A stretch of 64,000 nucleotides of DNA from Methanothermococcus sp. Ax23 (GTDB lineage: Archaea > AGJL01 > Methanococci > Methanococcales > Methanococcaceae). The stretch spans positions 448,001-512,000 of the forward strand of contig NZ_CP157522.1 of NCBI RefSeq assembly GCF_049075655.1. The letters run 5' to 3'. Position 1 is the stretch's first letter, and each line of letters starts with the position of its first letter. Below are positions 1-8,904 of this stretch, piece after piece. A program made the translations under genes and the position numbers. A model generated the notes under the pieces. The model saw nothing but the letters and a program-made list of their open reading frames with translations, did no database searches and was not told the origin of the DNA.

Positions 1-283
1 AAGTAATTATTGCATGCAATTCTTCATCTAGGGATTTTTTCCATCTATCGATGGTTCTTCTACCAGGGCAGGATTTAAATCCTAATGCAGTTAAAATCTG
101 TGGATTATTTTGTAAGTGTAATACTAACGCTCTATTTGAATGTATGCCTTTTAAAAAGGCATACACTAATAGTTTAAGCCTCAACTCTAAATTATATCCT
201 TTTCTCCCTACCTTTCTTCGTTTAGGGATTCGGTCAATTAAATCTGATGTAATTATCTCATTTACCACTTCCTCAGCCTTCAT
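1..283 (-). CDS. DDE transposase, N-terminal part (truncated by window edge)
   Basis: Same sequence as the 5' part of ORF 56370..56957 (MKAEEVVNEIITSD...). Confidence 0.88.
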   Translation of the reverse strand, partial: MKAEEVVNEIITSDLIDRIPKRRKVGRKGYNLELRLKLLVYAFLKGIHSNRALVLHLQNNPQILTALGFKSCPGRRTIDRWKKSLDEELHAIIT

Positions 284-342
284 ATTATCGTCTTTTTTAT
301 AATATTATATTTAGTATAGGTTATATATTTTGACCCATACTA
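1..342 (-). mobile_element. Partial copy (transposase 5' part and one terminal inverted repeat) of the IS found complete at 56088-57016; runs off the window start
   Basis: 1-342 matches 56675-57016 base for base on inspection; TIR TGACCCATACTA at 331-342; transposase ATG at 283-281. Confidence 0.93.
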
Positions 343-439
343 GTTATTTCATATATATTATAAAGATTATCGGCCCCATGGATGCTTACCATACTACTCA
401 ATGCTATTAAATATATAAATATAATAATTAATTTCATAA

Positions 440-838
440 TTAATCCTCCACATAAATTAATGGATGATACAACAGCAAATATAATCCATATGCCAAGAAA
501 ATCACGCCGATAAGTCCGATTGCTACTGCAAATATAGCATTTATGAAATTTATTATGGGGTTATTTATCATAAAAATCCATAATATCTCATATAATATAA
601 CAAAAATAGAAACACATATTATTGCTTTAATATTCCTTTTCTTTCTGATTTTATTAATCTCTTGAAGCTTTTTTATGGTGTTTAAGGTATATATTATGTC
701 GTTTATTCGATTTACTACCTTTTTTCTCTGGGACTCATCAATTTTTTTGATATAATATACATTTAATAAATCATTGTTAATTTTTCTAATAGTTATATGT
801 GGAACCAATTCGCCAAATTTCTTTTTTTTATTTGTCAT
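440..838 (-). CDS. Hypothetical membrane protein (basic N-terminus, two C-terminal TM helices)
   Basis: 132-aa ORF starting 2 nt after the upstream stop, with GAAGGTGAG RBS-like sequence. Confidence 0.75.
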   Translation of the reverse strand: MTNKKKKFGELVPHITIRKINNDLLNVYYIKKIDESQRKKVVNRINDIIYTLNTIKKLQEINKIRKKRNIKAIICVSIFVILYEILWIFMINNPIINFINAIFAVAIGLIGVIFLAYGLYLLLYHPLIYVED

Positions 839-840
839 GA

Positions 841-2253
841 TTACTCACCTTCTTCTTTTAAGTATATAGCATTTAGTCCGATAATTTTTGCCAGTTCATA
901 GGCCTTTTTATCATGAAGAATGATAATATTTCCTCCTCCGTATTGAAGTCCAATTGCAATAGCCTTCGCTGAATTAAGTGGAATGTCAAATACTTCATGA
1001 ATTTCCTTAAAAAGTTCGTACTCTGGTTCCACATAAGTTATATTTTCGCCCCCAATTTTCCTCAAACCAATATTATATGGAATATATAATCCATTATTTA
1101 GCATTTTTAAATTTATATTTTGAATAATATCTTTGTCCATTATAATTCTTGAATTAAATTTCGAGATTAATATTATTGTAAATATCAAAATGCCTACAAC
1201 AATATCTGGGAATGCCAATGTGGCATATTTTTTGGGTTTAATTAATTCTTCAACATCTGCCACAGTATCAACATTTTCTGGCAAGATTACCCTATATAAT
1301 TTATTATTTGGCATTTTGACTTTTGCAATACCTATTACGTACCCTTGATTTTCATTAACACAAGGCTTTATTGAGATATTAGTAGTATCATTTGCCCAGG
1401 CTACGAATTTAGCATGAAAATTTCCTATTGTGATTACTTTTGAGGTATTCCTATTCAGTGCAGAACATAATTTGTAAAAATCAGGTTTTTCTTTAAAATG
1501 TATATTATATTCATCATGCCATTCTTCTTCCGGAAGCAAAATGATAGAAACATTTTTACGATAGGATGCGTTTTTAATATCACCAAGCCATACATTCCCA
1601 TATATGTGTAGTGGAAATTTTTTATTATTTTTAATACTAAAATTCATATTATATGAAATACCATTTTGGTTTTTGTTATTCGAGACTCCACCCCTATATA
1701 TCATCGATGCCCATATAGGAAGTGCATAGTAATACTTTATTTTTATTTTTTGAGGTATGGTAAATGAAATATAACTATCTCCAAAGTAAATATCACTTAA
1801 ATTAGAATATTTAAATAATTCTATGGTTTTTTCTGAATTACCAGGGATTAATATTTTCGATTCATTTAAAGAATATCCTCCTGGGAATAACACGTGGAAT
1901 ACGATATCATAATTATAATTATTTTTAATTGTGTATTTTATTACCCATTTGCCTTCTTTTTCCCGTTCTTTTTCCACATATACTGAAATATTAAATTTAT
2001 TTGGGTATAAATTTATGTCTATATTTTTAGAATGTATTGTATTCACAGTTCCATTTTTATCCCCATATTCAAAATATATTTGATCAATATCGGGTCCATC
2101 AATAATGATTTTTAATCTTGACAGTTCAACGGACTGAGAGCCATCTGGATAAAATACTGCATCCCTATATTCGTACATCTCAATTCCACATACCATATTC
2201 AAGATATACAGTATAATTAGTACTAAAATCAATAATATCTTAAATATTTCCAT
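841..2253 (-). CDS. Secreted/membrane-anchored protein with large extracellular beta-rich region, one TM helix and C-terminal degenerate PIN-like domain
   Basis: Hydrophobic N-terminal signal; TM IVVGILIFTIILI; tail IIMD...SAKAIAIGLQ...IILHDKKAYELAKIIGL resembles VapC/DUF3368-type PIN folds. Confidence 0.8.
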   Translation of the reverse strand: MEIFKILLILVLIILYILNMVCGIEMYEYRDAVFYPDGSQSVELSRLKIIIDGPDIDQIYFEYGDKNGTVNTIHSKNIDINLYPNKFNISVYVEKEREKEGKWVIKYTIKNNYNYDIVFHVLFPGGYSLNESKILIPGNSEKTIELFKYSNLSDIYFGDSYISFTIPQKIKIKYYYALPIWASMIYRGGVSNNKNQNGISYNMNFSIKNNKKFPLHIYGNVWLGDIKNASYRKNVSIILLPEEEWHDEYNIHFKEKPDFYKLCSALNRNTSKVITIGNFHAKFVAWANDTTNISIKPCVNENQGYVIGIAKVKMPNNKLYRVILPENVDTVADVEELIKPKKYATLAFPDIVVGILIFTIILISKFNSRIIMDKDIIQNINLKMLNNGLYIPYNIGLRKIGGENITYVEPEYELFKEIHEVFDIPLNSAKAIAIGLQYGGGNIIILHDKKAYELAKIIGLNAIYLKEEGE

Positions 2254-2439
2254 AATATCACAATTTAAAATAAATGTGTGCTTCTATGGACACATCAATA
2301 CAATTGAAAGCCTCAAAAATAGCATTATATATTTCTATATATATTTATTATAGAACATTTTTCGGACATTTTTTTAGAAATGCCATATCCTAACATATAA
2401 ATTTAAATTAATTCGAACTGGCATTTAAAAAAGAAAAAA

Positions 2440-3040
2440 TATTAGTTAATTAGTAGTTATTTTTTATCTTTCCCTTTGGTTTTTCTTCTCAATACAAATC
2501 CAGTTCCTATTACACTACTTGCAAGTGCAAATAGCGGCTCAAAGTTGTTAGATACAGCCCCTCCTGCTAATACAGTTTTTGGAGAGGTTGATGGCACCAA
2601 TGAATGCCGAGGGTCGATACCGACCAAGAATGCATCTGTTGTTCTGAATGTTCCAGTTCCGTTCAACTTGTAGTGAATTACTACAGTTTGGTTATTATCT
2701 ATTTCAGCGGCGTCACTATAATTTCCATCCCCATCTGCTCCTGGATTCATGTAATTCAATGCCCACAAATAACTTAGTGAGTAATCTCCTGCTGATAATG
2801 ATTTATTTCCTGTATAATTATTGTTGGAATCATTATCTGCATGCTGAGCAAGCATGTCTGACCTATTTACCCACATATTGCTAGCATTGAAGTTTCTAGG
2901 TATTAAATCGTAGGCGTATACATAAGGTGATTTCTCAGCACCTATGTTTTCTACTACAATATATACATCATAGGTTCCATCTGCATTTGGAATTACATGC
3001 TTGGTTGCTTTGATTAAATAGCTTCCTACGACGTAGATTT
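2440..3040. repeat. About 600-bp near-identical direct repeat, copy 1 (3' end of surface-protein paralogs)
   Basis: Matches 6386-6983 apart from one substitution and one 3-nt indel seen; includes the stop codon and downstream bases. Confidence 0.93.
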
Positions 3041-5222
3041 TCTCAATAACTATGTAATTGTCTTTACCATTATATCCATTAGATACAGTAGTGATATTCT
3101 GGTTTGCTACTGTGAAGGTGCAATTTGCCCATACAACAGGCACATCGTTAAATGTGAAGTTATATGTATTAGTGCTCCAATATTGCCCTGGATTAATAAG
3201 TGTAGATGGTGTGAATGAATAATTACTACCATTAATTAACAAAGCCATGTTAAATGGATCAACAAGTGTAGGATCACTTCCATTTATTGCCCATAGATTC
3301 ATTTTTGTTAAATTAAATGCATAAGTTCTTGCAGTGTTATTAAATGAAGCCTCTTCATGCCATATATTGTATTCACCACTAGATTCATTTTTATAAGGTC
3401 CTTTTTTAGTTGCACTGATTTCCCCCATTCCTGCTGCATAGACTCCATTTATTTTAGTTCCACTCCTTGTGCCCTTAAAGTTATATTTCAAAGTTGCAAA
3501 ACCATAATTAACTAATATCGCATTCCTATTTTTACCCGAAAAATTACCTTGAACTGTGAATCTTAAAAATCCATTATTTGTAGAATTTAATGATATTCCT
3601 GACCAATTCAAAGCATTATTGGAATCCCCACTGAAATATGGTCCATCCCATAACTCTACCAACCCCCGATTTTCGCTATAGGATGAGATATTTAAAAATG
3701 TCCAATTAACATTCCCATGATAATTTGGGTCATTACTTAAATATTTTGTTAAATCCAACGATATTGTAGAGGGCGTGTTATTATTTGTCAAAGTCATATT
3801 TACAGTCCAATTGGATAATCTGTTTGATGGAATCTTAGTTGCATCATATGTTTCATTTATTAAAATTGGACTACCTAATGACTTATCCAAACTAATTTCA
3901 TATTTTACATAGGAATTATTGGGCAACATGGGGATGTGTATATATGTGTTTGCTGAGTTGTCTAATCCTGTGTATGCTGGCGCTGAACTCTCAATGAATA
4001 TATCTTTTGGTGTTCCATCATGAATGAGTCTTAATTCTGAAATATTATTTGATATGTTTATTGCAATCCATACATCACTTAATGTATCTTCGGTGTAATT
4101 TGCAGAGTTATTTATTATTAAGTATCCTGTAATGTTGTGTATGGTGTAATAAGTATTGCCATCACCACTTACATTTGCTGAAACATTGTAATCCTCAAGG
4201 TAAAATACGTTGAGTATGCAATCATATTCAGTGTTAATTACAGTTGCCGTTGGTTCTGATGGAATATAAGGTCTAACCAATATCCAATCCATTTTATATA
4301 TACCAGGGTTTAAAACGGAGATGTGTACCTCAGACCAATCACCTGAATAACCTGGATATGTATTTGACAAAATTGATATATCATTAAAATCCGTGGTTGG
4401 TCTATATATTCCAATATCACCAATTTTTTTATAACCTCCAATGAGATATTCTGAGCTCGTCGTTGGTGGATTGGATCTTCCTCCAGTCATATAGCCAGAT
4501 TGAGAATATATGTTAATATTATTATAGCTGTAATACCAAGCTTCCTTTTTCCAAAATCTCCATTTATATGCATAATAACCTTTATGTAAGGATAGCTGAA
4601 TTCCAGTATCGCTGACATCTACTGGAATTACTGCACTTTCTATTCTAACTTCCTTTGGAAGGTTATTACCTTTTGAAACTAATGAAATTTCATATCCAGT
4701 ACTGTTTATTTCAAGATATCCATTATTTTCAGATATTGTCCCGCTACCTGTTTTATTCCATTTATCCTGCCAATTCCCATCATTAAAATCATCAAAGAAT
4801 AGGAACATACCATTAGGGTTGCTTAGTGAATGCGCAGAAGGATTTCCACTATATATGTATATAGTTTTATTTGAATTAGCTGAAAGATGAGGTATTTTAA
4901 CCCAGATGTTGGCTTTTTTGGAAGATTTATTCCAATACCCAATCCAATACTGTAACTGAGTACTGCCATCTGAATCTATAACCCGTATGTCACTCCCATC
5001 ATTATTGGCATGACTGAAATCAAAGGAGTTATTATCTAACCTTATCAATACAGAATAATTGTTCAAATCCTGTACTGACGTTATATTTACAGTAGCCCTA
5101 TATGGAAATTCAGTATTCCACCAGCTATCTCCCATATCTCCCGCATAATTGGTATTTAGTACAATAACAACCATAAGCGACAGTATTACCAATATAAATT
5201 TCATATTCATATATATCACCAA
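2457..5222 (-). CDS. Cell-surface glycoprotein with N-terminal DUF2341-like and probable lectin-like region, shared paralog core and C-terminal membrane anchor
   Basis: WWN..YR...DFSHANNDGSDIRV..YWI..W...IWVK.P...IYIYSGNP...FFDDF pattern; many N-x-S/T sequons; hydrophobic then basic C-terminus. Confidence 0.85.
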   Translation of the reverse strand: MVIYMNMKFILVILSLMVVIVLNTNYAGDMGDSWWNTEFPYRATVNITSVQDLNNYSVLIRLDNNSFDFSHANNDGSDIRVIDSDGSTQLQYWIGYWNKSSKKANIWVKIPHLSANSNKTIYIYSGNPSAHSLSNPNGMFLFFDDFNDGNWQDKWNKTGSGTISENNGYLEINSTGYEISLVSKGNNLPKEVRIESAVIPVDVSDTGIQLSLHKGYYAYKWRFWKKEAWYYSYNNINIYSQSGYMTGGRSNPPTTSSEYLIGGYKKIGDIGIYRPTTDFNDISILSNTYPGYSGDWSEVHISVLNPGIYKMDWILVRPYIPSEPTATVINTEYDCILNVFYLEDYNVSANVSGDGNTYYTIHNITGYLIINNSANYTEDTLSDVWIAINISNNISELRLIHDGTPKDIFIESSAPAYTGLDNSANTYIHIPMLPNNSYVKYEISLDKSLGSPILINETYDATKIPSNRLSNWTVNMTLTNNNTPSTISLDLTKYLSNDPNYHGNVNWTFLNISSYSENRGLVELWDGPYFSGDSNNALNWSGISLNSTNNGFLRFTVQGNFSGKNRNAILVNYGFATLKYNFKGTRSGTKINGVYAAGMGEISATKKGPYKNESSGEYNIWHEEASFNNTARTYAFNLTKMNLWAINGSDPTLVDPFNMALLINGSNYSFTPSTLINPGQYWSTNTYNFTFNDVPVVWANCTFTVANQNITTVSNGYNGKDNYIVIEKIYVVGSYLIKATKHVIPNADGTYDVYIVVENIGAEKSPYVYAYDLIPRNFNASNMWVNRSDMLAQHADNDSNNNYTGNKSLSAGDYSLSYLWALNYMNPGADGDGNYSDAAEIDNNQTVVIHYKLNGTGTFRTTDAFLVGIDPRHSLVPSTSPKTVLAGGAVSNNFEPLFALASSVIGTGFVLRRKTKGKDKK

Positions 5223-5441
5223 TATTTAACAAAAAATAAAAATAGATCATGTCTAAAATGTAGGTAATTATGTAGGTAGCTATAAATAAATTGCGATCAT
5301 ATATAAATTTTATAGAACATTTTTTAGATATTAAAAATAGGTAAAATAAAAAGAAAAATTAATCAATATTACTAAAAAAATAAATGGAAAATTTAAATAT
5401 TTAAAAAACTCCAATTATGACAATATTTAAATAATATATTT

Positions 5442-6236
5442 TTACATCTTCTTATTATCTTTCTCATCTACTTCCTTATTTTCTTCCTTATCTTTATTAT
5501 CTTTCTCATCTTTTTTGTCGCCCATTCCTTTTATTTCGTAGTATATAAATATTAAAACCAATATCGTTAAGATTGTTAGCCAGAATAATACATACCCGTA
5601 CGTTGGGAGCTCAGGGAACGGCAATATTGAAAATTCTGCATTTACAGTACATAATGTATTTTTTGGAACATATATATTTTTAGTATGGGCCGGTTCCTGA
5701 TAAGTCTCATATTCACTCGATTTAAAATTAATATTGAAATTATCGATATCCATATCACAGCCTATAGGGATGGACACTGTTTTAAATAACAACCCTTTAT
5801 CAACAATATCCTCTGCATCATATTCAATGATTATTGTTATATTGCTCTTTGGGTCGATTGGTTCCCAGATTTCATAATAAATTACACTATAATTATCAAA
5901 ATACTTTACACTAGTATTAATATTAGTCTTATTTCCATTATAATAATAATATCCTTTCAAATTTTTAACTTTGATTGGTTCGTTTGATTCTGTAAATGGA
6001 ATTGGGATTATCCACAATTTCTTTGAAGCTTGCTTTTGAAGTCTAAGTTCTCCAATCCCTAAAACTAATGGGTATTTAACAAGATTTTGAATTGTTATTT
6101 TATTAACTACATGCGATGGATTTGAATCTACACTAACAGTCATGTTGTAATCTGAAATTTTTGTTACGTCCGCATACACCGATTGTGAAATGCCCATTAA
6201 CAATAACAAGACAAGTAGATATTTTATTTTTATCAT
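5442..6236 (-). CDS. Secreted, C-terminally membrane-anchored hypothetical protein
   Basis: Signal peptide (..SQSVYA), C-terminal TM (YVLFWLTILTILVLIFIYY) and K/D/E-rich tail. Confidence 0.85.
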   Translation of the reverse strand: MIKIKYLLVLLLLMGISQSVYADVTKISDYNMTVSVDSNPSHVVNKITIQNLVKYPLVLGIGELRLQKQASKKLWIIPIPFTESNEPIKVKNLKGYYYYNGNKTNINTSVKYFDNYSVIYYEIWEPIDPKSNITIIIEYDAEDIVDKGLLFKTVSIPIGCDMDIDNFNINFKSSEYETYQEPAHTKNIYVPKNTLCTVNAEFSILPFPELPTYGYVLFWLTILTILVLIFIYYEIKGMGDKKDEKDNKDKEENKEVDEKDNKKM

Positions 6237-6385
6237 GGTATCACATATATATGAGTTTGTAATAAAACCTGCAAGCTTATAATTCCTTTATTAATCGAGA
6301 TATATTACCAGATATGCTTAAATCATAATACAAAAATTAGCAATACTCCTCTGTTAAAATTCAATTTAAAAAAGAAGAAAAATAT

Positions 6386-6983
6386 TATTAGTTAATTAGT
6401 AGTTATTTTTTATCTTTCCCTTTGGTTTTTCTTCTCAATACAAATCCAGTTCCTATTACACTACTTGCAAGTGCAAATAGCGGCTCAAAGTTGTTAGATA
6501 CAGCCCCTCCTGCTAATACAGTTTTTGGAGAGGTTGATGGCACCAATGAATGCCGAGGGTCGATACCGACCAAGAATGCATCTGTTGTTCTGAATGTTCC
6601 AGTTCCGTTCAACTTGTAGTGAATTACTACAGTTTGGTTATTATCTATTTCAGCGGCGTCACTATAATTTCCATCCCCATCTGCTCCTGGATTCATGTAA
6701 TTCAATGCCCACCAATAACTTAGTGAGTAATCTCCTGATAATGATTTATTTCCTGTATAATTATTGTTGGAATCATTATCTGCATGCTGAGCAAGCATGT
6801 CTGACCTATTTACCCACATATTGCTAGCATTGAAGTTTCTAGGTATTAAATCGTAGGCGTATACATAAGGTGATTTCTCAGCACCTATGTTTTCTACTAC
6901 AATATATACATCATAGGTTCCATCTGCATTTGGAATTACATGCTTGGTTGCTTTGATTAAATAGCTTCCTACGACGTAGATTT
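6386..6983. repeat. About 600-bp near-identical direct repeat, copy 2
   Basis: See 2440-3040. Confidence 0.93.
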
Positions 6984-8271
6984 CTTCTACAACGATGTAG
7001 GAACTTCCATATTTTGTATCGTAGGTATGAACGGTTCTATTTAATAATGTCATATTTTGGCCTGCAACTGTAAAGGTGCAGTTTGCCCATACAACAGGCA
7101 CATCGTTAAATGTGAAGTTATATGTATTAGTGCTCCAATATTGCCCTGGATTAATAATAGGAAGTGTAGGTGGTGTGAATGAATGATTACTTCCAGCAAT
7201 TAATAGAGAGCTGTTGAATGGATCAACAAGTGTAGGGTCACTTCCATTTATTGCCCATAAATTCATTCTTGTTACATTGAATGCATATTCACTTGCAGTG
7301 TTTTTTATTGTTGCATTTTCATACCATAATGTGTATGTCCCGTCTGTGTTTTTATGAGGACCGTTTTTGACTGCGTTGATTCTTCCCATACCTGTTGCAT
7401 ATATCCCAGATACTTCAGTTCCACTTACAGTTCCACTGTAGCTAAATGTAATCACTGCGAAACCATATTTGAATTTTGTTGGGGTCCTATTTTGGAAAGA
7501 GTTGTTTCCCATTACTTTGAATTCAATTGTTCCAATTTGTGAGCTGTTTAATACCACTCCTGTCCAATTCAATGAATCATTTGCAACCCCTGTGAAGTAT
7601 GGTCCATCCCAGAGTGCTGTAGTACCTTGATTTTTACTGATAACTTCGGATATATTCAATTTATTCCAATATTCACTTCCATAGTTGTTAGAATCATTGC
7701 TTAAATATTTGGTCATATTTACATGAACCACAGTATTTGGATTTGGTAAAGCTGATGTATTCCTACTTATGTTCATGTATATAGTCCAATTAGATTCCTT
7801 TCCTGCTGGAATCTTATCTGCACTATATGCTTCATCCACAAGTATTGGCACTCCAATACCCGGTGCGGATGTATTAATACTAAATGAATACTGTACATAT
7901 GAATTGTTTGGTAGGATTGGTATATGAATATACAAATCTGCACTACTTAACCCGGTGTATGCTGGCGCTGAGCTCTCAATGAATACACCCTTTGGTGTTC
8001 CATCATGAACCAATCTTAATTCAGATATATTGTTAGATACATTTACTGCTACCCATACATCACTCAGAGTATCGGTAATATTCGCTGCTGTGTTGTTAAT
8101 AGTTATATACCCTGTTACATTGTTGATGGAGTAGCTCGTTGAGCCGTCTCCACTAACATTTGCAGATACATTGTATTTTTCTGTGTAATCTACATATAAA
8201 GGGTTTGCAGAAACAGCAGCTATCATCCCGAACACAATCAATAGTCCGAGAACTGTTAGCATTTTTCTCAT
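6403..8271 (-). CDS. Cell-surface glycoprotein, paralog of 2457..5222 lacking the DUF2341 region
   Basis: Signal peptide (..AAVSA), Asn/Ser/Thr-rich, near-identical C-terminal ~190 aa; GAGGGA RBS. Confidence 0.88.
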   Translation of the reverse strand: MRKMLTVLGLLIVFGMIAAVSANPLYVDYTEKYNVSANVSGDGSTSYSINNVTGYITINNTAANITDTLSDVWVAVNVSNNISELRLVHDGTPKGVFIESSAPAYTGLSSADLYIHIPILPNNSYVQYSFSINTSAPGIGVPILVDEAYSADKIPAGKESNWTIYMNISRNTSALPNPNTVVHVNMTKYLSNDSNNYGSEYWNKLNISEVISKNQGTTALWDGPYFTGVANDSLNWTGVVLNSSQIGTIEFKVMGNNSFQNRTPTKFKYGFAVITFSYSGTVSGTEVSGIYATGMGRINAVKNGPHKNTDGTYTLWYENATIKNTASEYAFNVTRMNLWAINGSDPTLVDPFNSSLLIAGSNHSFTPPTLPIINPGQYWSTNTYNFTFNDVPVVWANCTFTVAGQNMTLLNRTVHTYDTKYGSSYIVVEEIYVVGSYLIKATKHVIPNADGTYDVYIVVENIGAEKSPYVYAYDLIPRNFNASNMWVNRSDMLAQHADNDSNNNYTGNKSLSGDYSLSYWWALNYMNPGADGDGNYSDAAEIDNNQTVVIHYKLNGTGTFRTTDAFLVGIDPRHSLVPSTSPKTVLAGGAVSNNFEPLFALASSVIGTGFVLRRKTKGKDKK

Positions 8272-8355
8272 AATTATCCCTCATATGTTTATTAGTATGT
8301 ATTGTTATGTGTATATGTTTATGTAGGTATTGTAGTTAATATTATATTGTAATAA

Positions 8356-8371
8356 TCCACACGTCTGTGGA
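8356..8371. promoter_or_regulatory. Inverted repeat TCCACA-N4-TGTGGA in the leader of the 622-aa surface protein gene (operator or hairpin candidate)
   Basis: Perfect 6-bp arms between the TATA-like run at about 8411-8424 and the start codon. Confidence 0.35.
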
Positions 8372-8455
8372 ATTTGGACACTCTATAAAACTAATTAATA
8401 CTTATTCGCAATATATAATATATTTTACCTTGCATGGATCTTATGGTGGTATTAT

Positions 8456-8760
8456 GGATACTGCATTATATGGGGAATATTGTCGATTTACCGCCTGCTA
8501 TATTGGTTAATACCTCACCATCAGTTATGTCAGAGATACACTAGTACTATCCAAGAGACCCCCTGCCTTGCAATACGAGCTCATCATCTTAGTGTGCAGA
8601 TACTTCTAAGTGCGAGCTCACCTCACATAGTATGAAACATTGGCTTGATAACATTTAATTTACTGGCAGGCACAATGGGCTCCCCCGCCCGGTAAGAATA
8701 CCTCACTGCATTTTTAGCTCAGTATCCCAGGTTTAATTATGTATTTTTTAATATTATACG
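8456..8760 (-). ncRNA. Putative large structured RNA (cis-regulatory leader or stand-alone ncRNA)
   Basis: GC-rich island without a long ORF; nested complementarities (GGATACTG/CAGTATCC, TTACCG/CGGTAA, CCTGC/GCAGG, GAGCTC-CTTAG hairpin); TATA box at 8790-8783. Confidence 0.62.
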
Positions 8761-8904
8761 TACAATTCTCTATTTTAATTATATATATAATTTTCTCGGA
8801 CAAAAACCCATTATCAAGTAAAATAAAGCTATAATCGAGATATATACCATTGATTGTAACTACATAACTATCAAAAGCCAAACCGGGTGGCTACCTTAGC
8901 AATT

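Noticed and set aside
51-302. Plus-strand ORFs 51..302 and 56491..56976
   Set aside because: Antisense shadows of the transposase; they repeat only because the IS is repeated
2476-6827. Duplicated small plus-strand ORFs (2476..2673, 2648..2884, 6422..6619, 6594..6827)
   Set aside because: Antisense to the surface-protein genes within the 600-bp repeat; no RBS or independent support
2440-6983. Possible diversity-generating retroelement template/variable repeat pair
   Set aside because: Differences are not adenine-specific, both copies are coding, and no reverse transcriptase is present in the window
8434-8544. 36-codon plus-strand ORF (MDLMVVLW...) in the structured intergenic region
   Set aside because: No RBS, atypical composition, and it covers only part of the GC-rich island, which long-range pairing explains better
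8456-8730. Identification of the structured region as RNase P RNA, SRP RNA or a cobalamin/fluoride riboswitch
   Set aside because: Lacks the RNase P GAGGAAGTTCC-type motif, the SRP helix 8 motif and the core consensus of those riboswitches; only loose resemblance
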